Source of the DNA: Raillietiella orientalis
Taxonomy: Eukaryota
Direction of reading: 5' to 3'
Length of the DNA stretch: 64,000 bases
Assembly: GCA_036172245.1 (NCBI GenBank)
Contig: JAYWIR010000028.1
Span: 1,240,001-1,304,000 of the forward strand
Shown here: positions 23,950-36,899 of the stretch, piece after piece
Layout of the letters: the number at the start of each line of letters is the position of its first letter
How positions within the stretch are numbered: position 1 is the stretch's first letter
Notes under the pieces: generated by a model
Seen by the model: the letters and a program-made list of their open reading frames with translations, nothing else
Databases searched by the model: none
Told to the model about the DNA's origin: nothing
Translations under genes and position numbers: made by a program

Positions 23950-26850
23950 ACGGGTGGTCAACGAACAGGAGAGTGCTCGGCTGCACCTGCTTCTTCCCTC
24001 CTCCAATCAGGAGGCAGAGAAGGTTCCAGAACGGAGGAGGACGGGGGAGCAGATCGCGGCGGCGCATGGGCGAGCGTCGATCTGGGGATGCACAGCTACC
24101 GCCCCTAAAGGGGGTGGGTATCTTTGAATTCGGGAGGAGATCTCACGGGGCGGGGAACGCTCCGGGTCGCCGATAGGGAAGTTCCAGGAGGGACCTCGCT
24201 CCTTTGACCGTGGTTCGGCGCCCTTAAGGAAATGAGACAGGGGCTGCGGTGCCACCCCGGCGTCACCACACTCCATCGTTCCAGATGAGTGAAGCTGCAT
24301 GAGCTCAATTCAAGCTGGATCCACGAGAAGGGGGAAGCAAAGTTCCTCCTTCCCGAGGGCAGCGAAGAGAAGTTTGGCAACCGTGGCAACGTCGCGGGCT
24401 TCCGGGCAGCTGACGGACGATCCCTCGGAAGAACGAACGTGACCTGAACGTTGGCCAACAGCGAGCCACGGAAGCCAATTCCCTGGAGGAAAAGATGTTT
24501 GCAGCGGAACGTGAGAAGGAAGGTCGCCCCCGATCCTTCGACGCGCGGCCCTTTAGGAAGAGGGAACTCCCCGACCAAGGGAAGGCAGCGCCGCGCCACT
24601 TCCTCTTCAGCGGCGAGCGCGCGAGGGTTCGGCGACTGCCGGTCCATCCGTGCGACGCGGCCGAACTCCCTGCCAGCGCGAGCTGCGCCTCCCAGGAAGG
24701 GCACGCACAGGGTGCATCGGAGGTACGTGGCACGGGAAGATGAAGCGCTCGCGTAGGTCCGGACTCCTCGCGTCTCATCCTCTTCATCCTCGTTCAGCCG
24801 AGGCATGGCGAAAAGGCAGCGCCCACCCGAAAAGGCTTTTCGGGAAGAACTGGAAACCGGCGACAGCCTGCAGCCCGCCCCCGCCCGGCGTCGATTCCAG
24901 CTCGGACCCGGCATGGCGCTGCAGGAGGATGACCGAATCGTCCGTCATCTTAGATGCCACCTCGAGAGATCTGCAGCGGTCCTCCTGAGGGGTTCAGGCA
25001 AAGACAGTGGCGCTCCAATTGCTGATGGAGTCCCCGAATCGACAAGAGCATTCGTCCCGGAATTCGCCTTGGAATCCTGGAGCGCAGGGTGTTAAGGGAT
25101 GCCGCGATACAATGAGAAACACACCAGAAAGTGGATCGCGTGCCCATGACCTCCGGGTTTCCTTGACATTTTCGGGTACCGTCACCTGGGACTTCGGCTG
25201 CGATGCAGGGATGCTGTGCATCGGGCGGCGCCCTCGGCCGCTTGAAGGGGTGGAAGGGAAAAAGGTGGAAACTGTGGAGAATCCCCCCCCCCCCCTCCAG
25301 CAGATGAATCGCTCATCAAGAGGAATTTAAAAGTCAATAAAGTGTCTCGCAGCAGCTGAAAGCACAAGCAAACAAAGGGAGATGCAGACGATGTCGACCA
25401 TGGCAACCAAGGTAACGCACGTGCAGCGGGCAGCCTTCGCAAGACTGCACGTTCGTTAATGGCAAGCGGATGCTCTCAGCAAGAAGAGTTAATTATCTCG
25501 GAGAGGAGGAAGCTGAGAACGCCAAGTGAGCTTATCGAGGATGCAAACATGAGCAGGAGGATGCCGTCGGGGATAAAACGAGGGGGAGGTGGGATCGAAG
25601 TGGGTCGGGGAATTCCAGAGTCCTACCAAAGCAGATGGATATTCCGCATGCTGCACAGTACCTCCGCCACGAAACGAACGGCGGTCTCCGCGGCAGCAGC
25701 GCAGCGAGAGAGCCTGCAATGACGTAATCCTTTCTCCCGATGCGCCGCGTGCATGCCGGACACGCTGACCGGGAGGAGACCGGGAAAGAGGAGAACAAAG
25801 GAGCGGAACAGTCAGGCGGAGCAGCGGAGCAGCAAACGAAGAAGAAAACGGGAGAGACGCGGAGGAGGAGGTGCTTCTTTCCAGCTCATGCCCTCGATCC
25901 ATTCCTCTTGATCGAAAACGCTTACCAGGATTTCCTGGCACGACCACCTAGCTTCCCGATACGACGGGAGGAAGAGAGAGTTGGCTGATTCGAGGAGGAG
26001 GAGTCGAGGGCATCCAGGTATGCAGGGTGGGTTCGAAACTCCGTTTCGAGCTGCCGCTCGCCTGGATGCCAGGAGTCTCTTCGCCTGGATCACAGTTCTC
26101 TTCCTGCTCGGCGGCGGTTAACCGCGTCCCAACCGTTAGGAGGGAGAGGGAGGGAGGTGGACCTGCCCTCTCATTCCGGGAGGAGGACCAGGCAGCAAGG
26201 CTTGATGCTGGCTCGCCCTGCTGTCTCCAGCCGCGAGATCCGCTTCGAAAGCGGGGAACTCGTTCCCACGCAACGCACCTCACGGGTTGTACCCGAGAGT
26301 TGAAAGCCTCCACCGAGAGTTCCGAAGGAGAAGAAGGAACGAGGAAAAAAGCGAGCTGCCGCGGAAACGCGACACGGATGCAAGCATCTTCGGCCTGCCT
26401 GAAAATTCGGGCGGACGGATGGCCTTCGAAATCCGAGAGCGTTCGGGACGCCGCGGAGGGCGACCGGTTCCTAGGAAACGGGGCCTCAGGTAGCTCAGAC
26501 ATCTTCGGAGGGCACGCGGTGCGTAATGGATTATCTGGCATTACCAGTGGGATGGAAAGCTGTTGGGGTCTTTAGTTTCAAGAGAGCTGTTAATGGAGAT
26601 GAGTGAGAACAAGGCATTTCATCACTCGGCTCAGGAGGACGGAGATGACACGGAGGACAGAGCTCCAGCTTCAATTTGTTCGCGACGGCTTCTCGAGGTT
26701 CGAGCCTCTGTTGAAGCGGTGATGCGTCGCCTCCGCCAAATAAAATGTACATTACCATTAGTGGCAAAAAATTTCCGCCCCCACCTCCGGAAAGATGGAT
26801 GCCTTTCCCGGGGGGAATGAGAACACATTCAAGCCAGCTGGGGGACTCGG
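23950..26850 (+). mobile_element. Decayed DIRS-type (tyrosine-recombinase) retrotransposon: RT, RNase H, recombinase
   Basis: Collinear motifs: WASVDL/DA (~24067, resembles S.DLKDAY); LQRNVRRKVAPDPSTRGPLG (resembles G..N.KS.L.P....LG); ILDATS (~24948, resembles TDAS); LADSRRRS (resembles SRR.ST); TRCVMDYLAL (~26514, resembles VRAL..YL..T); RLLEVRASVEAVMR in the recombinase C-terminus. Confidence 0.5.
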
Positions 26851-29800
26851 AGACGGAATGGAGACGCGGGCGTTCGTTGACACCTCGGAATCCGCGTAAG
26901 AGTTTTTTTTTTAATACTTTTCCTGGAGCTGAATGAACAGGAAAAAAAAAAAGGGGGGGGGGAGGCGGAGGGTAGAGGGAGGAGAGGGGAAAGGGGAGAA
27001 GGTTGGGGTCGAATTTTCGATGGAGCCTCCTGCTTCGTGTTCGGGGAAGGGAGCTCCGTTTCCCAGAACTTTCCGCCTGCTATTCCAGAACAACGGACGC
27101 CATTCATTCACCGGCGGACTGCGTATTGGGAACCCCCGTGGCATTCTTCTTCTCCAGCATCCGGAAAATCAGAGACTCTCCTAAGAGATCCAAACTGATA
27201 AAGGGAAATTCTTCTTTCTGAAGGTTTCAGATTTTTCGAAACTCTGAGCTGGCGAGCCCAAATTCATCACTGCCTATCTCTTCTCGAGCATCAGATGGCT
27301 TCATTCCTGCGAATTGAGGGGAGTTTAGGTAGTCCGCTTCTGCAGATTCATTCTGCCCATCCTCCGCACTCGAAGAATTGAATTGCGGTTCTCCGGGAGC
27401 CCTCGTTCCATTTGCTCGCTGCTTCTTGCGGGCTTTTTATAAATGGGATTCCCGCCGAGCGCTTCTGCTCTGCAGCCACAGGAGCGGTTTTCGTGCTGAG
27501 TGGCGGAACTCCGGGTTCCCAAAGATTCGCGAAGAAACCCTCGCAGTGGGAAAAAGATCAAACCCGATCGAGCCGCAGTTGCCTCTTCCATCCCGAACGC
27601 TTCAGATCCTCCCCAAGTTCCATATGTCCACATACATTCAGGGGCCATTCCCTTGGGACAGATCTAAAAGGCGTTGGCATTCGTTCCACATTTGACCTGG
27701 GGGCGTTCTACGAAGGCAATCCACAAATCTGCTCAGATGCGCTGGAGGTGTTCTGCGGTCACCTCGGTTTGATGCTCAGCGAATTTTTTCTGGCCCCTGG
27801 CTCTTGCACCTTAAAAAAAAAAAACTGCCTCTTGCGAAAAAAATAAAATAAAAAAAGAGTGACCGTGAGAGCTGTTCCTGAACTCGAGTCCTGGAGGAAG
27901 GATTCTGGACGGACGGACGGGGCTTTCGAACCACGGGAACATCGGCTTCACCCGATTCCTAGTCTGCAAACGTCCCAGAAATAGCAACCCTTAATAAAAG
28001 GATGCCTAATGAATTTACTTTTGCCTTGCTGTTAGATTTCAGAAAGCGATTCCCGTGGCAAATGAGGAAGGAATGTGCAATCTCATCCGCCATCAGATGC
28101 TCAGTGTTCCTAAAAATGCACCTTCGTGGCCGTTTCGAGGCAGGAAAAATTGTCTAGAAGGCTCGATAAATCCTGTTTATATGGACCTGATAAACAAAGG
28201 CATAAAATCTGAGGCATGAATTGGACCTGAATCCAAAAGTCCCTGTTTAATAAATCTGGGGGGAAAACAACGTGATGCCGTCAGATTGCTGAGATTGCCA
28301 GCCCATCTTAGATTTAACAACTGAGCGGTAAGCAATTTCGAGGTGAACAAAGTCCTTCAACCCCTAAGTATACTTATTAATCTCATCCTTGTAGTACTGC
28401 ACTTGTATTTACGTGACTGCTTGCATTATTATTTGGTAGTCCCTGAAACATAATGACGAAGCCGATATAATTAAATATAAATCTAGTGAAAGAGACCTTT
28501 CTCATCGGAGGCATAGTGCTCTGAGAATGATGTCATGAACCCGGAGATGTGTGCGGTTTCCTTTTCATAATCCAGAAATCAGAGACACTGCATAATATTT
28601 CGGAAGCGAAACAGTTTCGCGACCTGGTAAGAGATGGCACTCCCCGCTCGGTTCCGTTTTGCTCTGAACCGCTGGTTGCAAAAAAAAAAAAATGGACACT
28701 TAAAGAAAATTCGATTCGTAGCCAGAAACCAGAGAGGCGAAAGCAAGAAATTTTTCTGCCCCCACCCCCACCCCTAATCCTCTAGGAAAATAGGGCATCG
28801 AAATCCAATAGCGTTCACTTATCACCAGTTTTATGCATAAATAAGTTTGGTGACAATCTCTCGATTCATCTATTGCTTAGTACCAGATCCACGAGACGAG
28901 CAGATATTCCACAAGCTGGAGACCGGTTCTCTAAAGGCGCAGCTTTTTTGATAGAAAAAGAAACATCCCCTCTATTCCAAACCAGTTTACTCTAGATGAC
29001 TCCCCACGAGCTTGTTAAACTGCAACTACGAAATGCAGAATGAGGACTGCAGTAGGAATGGGATAAAGCTTTAGAGCATTTCTCATAGGTTCTCTCGCAG
29101 GTACGTCATTGAGCTTTTTTGTTTACGCATCGTACGTAAATGAAGCCACGTAAGTCGAAATTCATTAGAGAAGCGTGAGTAAACTGCCTTCCTGTCAGGA
29201 TGGAAATCAAATACCTGTAATTATTGATAACTTTTAGGCAGATGAGATAATTGGCATGAGAACGCACGTGATTGTAACGATGAAGTCAGCATCCACATGC
29301 CACAGATGCGTTTAAGTAGATGGCTTGGGGGTATTGCTCATTCCGATAGATGGCACGTAGCAACGGATAGCCACCCAGAACGAGATCGACTCGATCAGCG
29401 CATTTTGCGAGGACCTCCTGAATTGAGGTGCAGAACTTCAGGTCAAAGGAAATGCAAACGAAGGGGAAGGCGTCGTCGTGGCAGCAACACGGATCGAAGT
29501 CAGCTCTGCTGCTTTCAGCGACGTTCCCTGCAGCCTCTTTCCGGTTTCCCTCGAAAGTGTAAGCAGCTTTTTGCACCTCCGGATTTTTTTCCCGGATGCC
29601 CAAACTCGAGAATTCATGCAATCCGCTGCTCCTGTGTTATCCTTCGATAGAAAGGCTGCTGGCGCGCGCGCGCGCGAATTTCTCCCTCCCCAAGAGGAAG
29701 ATTTCACTCTTCCTTTCATGGCTTTTCAAACGCACATCTCTTAAAACTCAGTTGGATCTCTTCTGCTTCTGAAAGACCCAAACTCTCGCGTCTGACCTTG

Positions 29801-30079
29801 CTGCCCGCTTCTGCACACTTCTTTCAGAGGCTTCAGTTGTTTCTTTCCTTGGTCGTCTCCCGAATGCTTCTCGCATTCCTATGTGGTGATGGCAAAACAG
29901 CAGCATCCTTGCTAAGATTCATTCACTGTACCATCAGAGGACGAATTCTAAATCAAAATCTCATTCGAAAGATCGCACGTTTCTGTCTTCGGAGAAAAAT
30001 TGAAAATGCACCTTTGTCTCAGTTGCTGTTTCCAGAGACAGCTTCCCATGTCGCTGAGAACCCGGATAGGCATCTTCCA

Positions 30080-31800
30080 AGCACCGCATCCTCAGCGAGG
30101 ACCAAGGGAATATTATTTTCATGTCCTGTTTGCGCGAATGGAGGCTCGTTCGGCAAGACGGGAGAAGGCTGTTTGAGCAGACAGATGAGAGGCACTCGGT
30201 TCGAAGCCTGGATTCATTCTTCCCAACTTTTATCTACTGATCGTCTTTTATCTGTTGCTAGAAGCTGGACCGAAACGGCGCGTTGGAATACCTGGGAGAC
30301 CATGGAACGACTTCAACCAGAACAATCAAAAATGCCAATGGAGATCGGCCCTTTCCACATCACGATCAAGAAGAATATTTCCTCTTTTCAGTTTTCCTGG
30401 TGATCATTCTTGAAGAGTCGGCATCACCCCTCCTCCGGTCTTCAGGGCAGCTTCCTCTATGGAAAATTCAGTGGGGAAAACAAAAAAAGAAAAAAAAGGA
30501 AATCCGAATGCTTGTTCATTCGGTCGATGGCCATATTCGAGTCGAAGCTTCTCGCCGCAAATGCATGGACATTCCAAACATCCGGTTCCCGAGCATGGAC
30601 CCTTGTTTCCATTGCTCTTCCTTCATCGAATCTCGTCCCGCAACCGTCTTGGCTCCCTACTAGATCTCGCTGCTTCCCCCCGGAGCTCGGGAAAGGCGTC
30701 TGCTTGTCACTGCGATTCCTCCTCGCGTGAATCAGGGATGCCACCCCAACGTGCCGCCGAGGTTCTTGTACTTTCTTGTACACGGAATCACCAATCACGT
30801 GGTTTCCGTCTGCGCATCCAAGAAGAAGTAGTGAGACGGACGAACAAATTCCTGTTCTCGTGTGTGTGATGCTGCTGCTATTCTTCTTATTATGTCCTCG
30901 TCTGCTTGCATGCTCCCCAGACCCACCTAGCGGCTGACTTGCGAGTCGGGCATCCCCTCCTGTGACCCACCGCTCCAGGTATGAACCCAGACTCGTTCTT
31001 TACAGCGCGCGTTTATTGTAGTTTTCAATAAATGCCCCCAGGCGAAATTGGGCGAAAACGTGTGCGTCGCTTCTTGTAAATCTCGAGATACATAAAGATC
31101 TTATCTACATGAGGAACAGCACGAGACAAGATGCGAGCAATAGGCAGCATGCAGGAAGCGCTCACTCTTGCTGTTCTGCCTCACCGAGAGAGGCGAAGGA
31201 TGGCAAAGCATTCCTCAGACTCAGTGCCTTTCAGTTCCTTGGAACGAATCGTGAGCGGTGACCTGGGAACACGCTCCAGTGGGGTGTGCTCGCTTATCCA
31301 GGAAGACTTTTCCGCCAAAGCAATTTGAAAAAGCGGATCCGTAAAGACGCCTGCGCCATCCGAGCCCCGTCTGAAACACTTTTTATTGGCCTCGACTTTC
31401 ATACGTTCCTGGCTCAGCCGAAGAACGTTCCTTGACCCAAGCGCTCGGAGCGTGCCGTTCCAATCTCCAGAAGGAAACGCTCCCAGCAGTGTCCTTTCGA
31501 TGGCCTTGCAACAGGGCAGCGCTGTTGTTGGAGAGAAGGCGTCAAGCAGGGAGCTGAAGTCCCAGCTGAACGGAACCCACGATGGCCGTGACCGAAGGAT
31601 TTTTCAAGTGACACTTCTGCGCACGGTGCCCAGTTGTGAACGATGGAGTTCCAGGCCACAACTCTTCATGTGCTTCTAGAAGGGAAGAAACGTTGATCGC
31701 CGATTCCAGAAGCTTATCAACTATTCGACGCAAAGTCCACTTTGCTGGTGGCGCTCGATGAGAAACTCGATGAACATGGGATGCAGCGAAACCTCGCCGG
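30080..31800 (+). mobile_element. Decayed R2-superclade non-LTR retrotransposon (N-terminal zinc finger/Myb plus RT)
   Basis: FSCPVC..SFGKTG..LSRQMR (C2H2-like, ~30117); TARWNTWE (Myb-like); LQRAFI..EN (~31000, resembles QRAF..GC.EN); AKHSSDSVP (resembles KAFDSV). Confidence 0.45.
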
Positions 31801-33199
31801 TCGGGACCGAAACTATCAGTTGCAGCTGAAGCTCCATCGGCTTTCTAACAAAAGTCACCTCATCAGAAATGAATGTCAGAAAGATAGAAGAAGAAAAAGG
31901 AAGAAAGGAATGTTCTCATTCAACACGAGGAAACAGAGGAATACGTGTTTGTTCCCGGACAGGCCGCTTTATTCCAGGGGCAGTCTTGACCGCAGCCTTT
32001 TTTCTCTCACTCAGCACGAGAGACTCCACGAAGGTGCGGCAGAAATCCACAGAGTCCGGTGACACGGGCGCCTGTCGATGCCGCCCCATCGCGGCACAAC
32101 TTCCGCTTCCCTTTTCGTTGGCTGGAAACGAGACGGATGTGATGATTTGCCCAGTTATCCTCCTCCTTTTTCCCGGAGATGCTTCTTCTTAGGTAAGGAA
32201 AACGCATAGCGGATCGTCTCTTTTCGGAACGCCTGCTCGTTGCCTTCTTCTTCCCGTGGAGCGCCATTTTTGCGCGAAGGGTTCAGCAGGAAGCGGTTGA
32301 GCAAGGGAACAGCTGAGCTTGGATCCTGGATCCACAGAAGATCGCGAAAAAAGGGTCGCGCGCTCCGCCTTAACGATACTGAAATGTTCTGAGATGCGTA
32401 GTGGACGCTGCTGTGTCCACTACGTGTTTTCACTGCACCTAAGCGCGGAAAACAAGAGAGATCCATTTGTGGTCCTCCCCAAATCTGTCTCTGCCCCCCT
32501 CCCCCCTAAGCGAGGCGTTGTTGCCGCGGTGTCTCGTCTTGGCTTTTCGTGCAAATCATGTCGGAGCAGCGTGATCCAGGAATGGATGCTCGAAAGATTT
32601 CAGTTTGGTCCTCGGGTCGCATCTTCGCCTGCCTGGTACCTCCTAGTGAAAGATCAGGAGTCAGGCGGACTGCTGCATCCGTTCCTGTACCCAGAGGCAG
32701 CTAGAAGCCTTTTGCCAGAGACGCAAGGGAGCTGCGGAATGCAGGACGAGTACTTCGGGGGTTCTCCCTCCAGTGTACCCTCCCCTTCCTCAAAAAAAAA
32801 AAAAAAAAAACTCAAAGTGTCTTGGCTGCCGGTGCTACCAACGTGTTTAGGAACCAAACCAAACAGTGCGTGCTCCCGGTGAAGAGTGAATCCCGAGGAA
32901 GTTAATCCTATTAGAGGAACTAATTCACTTGCTCTGGCCGTTTACGCATCATCTGCTGGCAATTTGAAAAACTGATGGGGAGTGGGTCGGGAGAAGATTT
33001 TCGCTTCCTCATTTGAATGCCTTTTTTTTTTGTTGTTGTTTTTTTTTTTTTCTCCTCTGATAATTGCATCGAAGCCATTCCGCAATTTGCTTCATCTGAA
33101 TCCAACGACGGCTCATTTTCCCTGTTTGCGAGGTCATCCCCCCCCCCCTTTCAAATTGCGAATTCATAATTGCTTTAACGAAAAATCCGTGCCAGCTAT

Positions 33200-35600
33200 T
33201 ACGGAGCTCATTTCTTCCTCATGATGCAGAGGTTGCAGGAGATGATTAAGAAAGACGATAATAGCCGAATTGTCTGCACCCACACTCCATGTCTTCACGA
33301 TGGGAGAGGGCATGCATTCCCTTTTCTTCGATACGCAAACCCTTGACATTCGGCAAAAGAATTTTCCCATCATTGTCGTCTGGAATGCGGGAGCCGCTCC
33401 CCATCGGTGGTTGAAGACACCTTCAGCATCTTCGGCTCGGATGGAGCGGGCGCTCCACGCAACCCAATCTCCCGCCGATTTTACGAGCGTCCCTGCCGAT
33501 TCTCCATTCTGCATCAGCTGCAGTCTGCTCCGGCGTACCGGCCCCCTTTGTTCCAAAATAAGAGCACCAGAAATAGGGGTATCTGGTTGCCATTACCATG
33601 TAATCAGCTTGAAGGTCTCCTCCGGCTCTTTTTCCTTTTTTAGGACCGGGTTTTAGTGAACGATGAACGTTTACTTGGGTTTCCTGATGCCGCTCTGTCC
33701 CTGGAATCGAATTTCCCTCGGTTCGTTAACGAAAATCAAAAGGATGCAGAAGAATTACTGGGTGCCTCTTCACATGGGAGAACAAGGGCTTCCGGGTCAT
33801 CAACACGTGGTCCAGGCACTAGATCAGCTGCGTCTTCCTCGGCTGGAAGTGCACTTTTCGCCCACTCGTTGGAACGAGCCGTGTGATCCTTACTCGGCTT
33901 CCTGGCAACCTTTCCTGGAGATGATCTACGAAGATCTACGAAGAAACGACGAGGAAGCGAGGGTCATAGTGGTACAGCGAGCGAACGACTCGGTGAGATC
34001 GTGTCTTTCGTTCGAACGCCGCCGCGACTCCGCACAGGACAAACAAAGAGTCTGGAACTTCAGATTCATTCCGCGTCAGGAAGATTGCTTCCAGGAGCTC
34101 CAGTGGGTCTTCCTTTTTCGCTACCCAGACAGAATCTTGGAAAGCAGCATTGGTTTTCGAGTCGCCACAGCCCTATCAGGGAACAGGCATCGTAGAAAGT
34201 TGGTTACCGAGTTTCCATGATGCCTATCCCGATAGGATGGACAACCGCCTGTTCCCGATGGAATGGACCGGGATGGATAACTGCGGAACCATTGACACTC
34301 TGCTGCTCGGGAGGACTGAGTCTGACCTTTTCAATTCGGAAACGCATAGGAGATGCGGAAGGAGGTCGAAATGCGAGTCCCAAGCAAGCCATATGGTGAC
34401 GGAGAGGCCACGGTTGCCACCAGGCGAAGAAGCAGGCATCCCACTCGGCATTCAGTTATTTGTCATCGACCAGCAAACACCCTGCAAGTACTTTCATCCT
34501 CGTGCTTTGAAAATCCGCCGCCTTAGCTGGAGCCCTTCCTTTGTTTCATTTCCCGAACGGGTTTCCTTCCAGGTTCGCAGGGAGTTCTCATGGCTTCCAT
34601 CGAATCCACAACTTGATCGCAGAACTAAAAGACTGGTCCGGAACCGTTCCAACGAGCTGCCGAAATTTCTTCCCTTGTCCTGAACATTAACCAGGACGAG
34701 CGTGATGACCCAAGAGGCATATCAGGAGTCCTGCATTCTTTGTGGTCTTGCAGTTCTCCGTACACTTGTGAACTCTCCTAGAATATCCCCACCAACATCT
34801 TTTTGTACGTCACCGCACCGTACGTTCCGGAAGGCAGAATCCGGAAGCACAGCTCCCGAAGATTTCCGAGTCTCGTGTAGTCTTCGGGATGCAGAAGCTT
34901 CTTGCAACTTCTTTGCTTCCTTCGTTCGCCTTGTGTCATCAAAGAGTAAGCATAAATCATCTCCGCCAGGAAAGTTCTTGAGAAATGAAGCAGCTGCATT
35001 TCTGGCCTGTTTGCAAGGAACTCGGTAAAAATGTTGCAATTCCTCCAGATCGAGCTATTATTATTCTTGCCGGTCAGTCGCTTCTGGTCCCTGCCACAGG
35101 GAAGTTTCCGACATTTCTGCTCGGTGGATTATTTGGACCAGAAGCTGTTTCCCCCGAGATGGACCTTCGCATGTCCCAGCCGTGACTGCGTGGGACACGC
35201 CCTGCGAAGCATCGACTTTGTTTTCATCCCCATCTTCTTTCGACCAATGTACACTTTGTTTTTAGACTTCCCTATGATTTCGTCTACTTCGAGGTTTCCC
35301 CCCCTGTCGCCGGCTTGATTTCTATTCAGCTTCAGAGTCACTGAAGCGTAAAGCCTACAGGAACAAAATTCGAAAGCCTACAGGAGCGAGAAATTTAAAT
35401 CCATCAGGCTTAAGAACGAAGACTCCTTCCATGTCCACAGAATCTCATCCGACTGTGCTTCTTGGTTCAGGCTACGACGCAGCGACTGTGGTGACTCCCA
35501 TTGCACTGCTTGATGTGCGACGGCTATTGAACCAGAAATGGAATGGCAAGTCTGTGGTTGAAAGGAATCCTTGCAAGGAATTACCATTTTCCTGTCACGT
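33200..35600 (-). mobile_element. Decayed Ty3/gypsy pol (RT, RNase H, integrase)
   Basis: In minus-strand order: RRSLNQ..SFLSLMDL; EVDEII (resembles YVDDI); NCNIFTEFLAN (thumb); YASWVITLVL (resembles DAS..GAVL); KYLQG..MTNN (resembles YL.G..TDH); then integrase core GPV..DWVAW..HRWGAAP..MGKFF in ORF 33164-33556. Confidence 0.6.
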
Positions 35601-36899
35601 TAGAGTTGAGTTGGGTAGCTTTATAATCCGATAGCGGACTGCTAATCTAATAATCCGTCTCTTTGGAGCAACTGAAGCGACTACGAATAGGTGTTGCGGT
35701 TTGATCACCAGTACTGATGGTCTTGGATCTCATCGCTCTACCCTGTCTGATTAATAGGGTTTCCTGGAAACAAAGTAAGGGCGCTATTTCGATGGAGGAT
35801 GAACGAGCGCAATCTGAAACTCCCAGAGGTACGCGAAGCCATTAGCCTCATCTAGACTCGAGCGTGTCAGCAAAGCGCTAATGTCAATTTGCAAACCCGA
35901 AGATAGATGGCATCCGATGCGCGCACCGAAAAAGTCCAATCCTTTTCCAGTGTCGCACATCAGCGTTTCGCATGGTAACTCATCCACAAATGATCTGCAA
36001 CATCGTACTGGTAAATTTTCCAATAGATTGTGAAGTTTTCCTTTCCAAACGGTTGCTTGCAGCCGGGGGTTAAAAAAAGCAGCTCCTCATTTGTGGTTTG
36101 AGACACGTCGGTGTGCCATTTGCTTCCCCATTACGAAATACGTTTTTGAAAGCGTGAGTGTTTCATTTTTTTTGCAACGATGATTAGCTTACGCGCTTGT
36201 GATGTAAGAATAATTTTGTGTGAGCTGGTGGTGAACACAGAAGTCTCAAGAGATAAGGCAGGAACGCAAGACAAGGAAAGAACATGGCATTGGTTTCTTC
36301 AGACCCGGACACAGAAGATGGAATACGAGAAGAAACGGATCGAATACTGATGAATCCCTAAGTTAGAATGTGAAACAACATGATGGACCGTGGACCCTCA
36401 ATGGATGCCTGGCTTTTATGTTGATGAGGCAGTGGTTATGGGAATCATGACTAGGACAAGGACTCACAGCTGAGATCGTCGCATTACCGTGACCGCTGCT
36501 GCATTTCCATCAGCAAACGGAAGGGTTGTACCCTTTGCGAAGATGCTTCACGGAATTTTAAAAGCTTCTCAGAAGTATAGGGTCGTTTCAAAGCTCGCAA
36601 GGAAAATATTCTTAAATGCGGAGTTAGAAGAGCAGTCGAAGGCTTTTTCCTGAAGGATGTTGCGCCTTAGATAGTATGTTGGTTCCACAAAACACGGAAT
36701 GGCCTCCTCAAAGAGTGCGCTGTTTCTATTGTTTGATTTATTTTGAATTACAGTTAGATGACATGTCACAGGGGCTCTTGATATTCTTCCAGAGTTCCTC
36801 CGTTCATCTGGGGGGCTCCTCGCCTCTCAGCGTGCCGCTTCCTCAGCTTCCTGACCTCCGTCTCGCGAAAGCTGACCTCTGGGGTTCTCCGACTGTATC

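Noticed and set aside
19400..24200. Many overlapping 150-285 aa ORFs, including a protamine-like Arg-rich ORF (23180-23890)
   Set aside because: High GC leaves several frames open on both strands; the Arg/Lys run is the translation of the purine repeat; no domain or splice structure.
33663..34683. Plus-strand ORFs with integrase-like (LMPLCPWNRIS) and DDE-like (MDNCG) words
   Set aside because: Isolated words only; the collinear RT-RNase H-integrase signal is on the minus strand.
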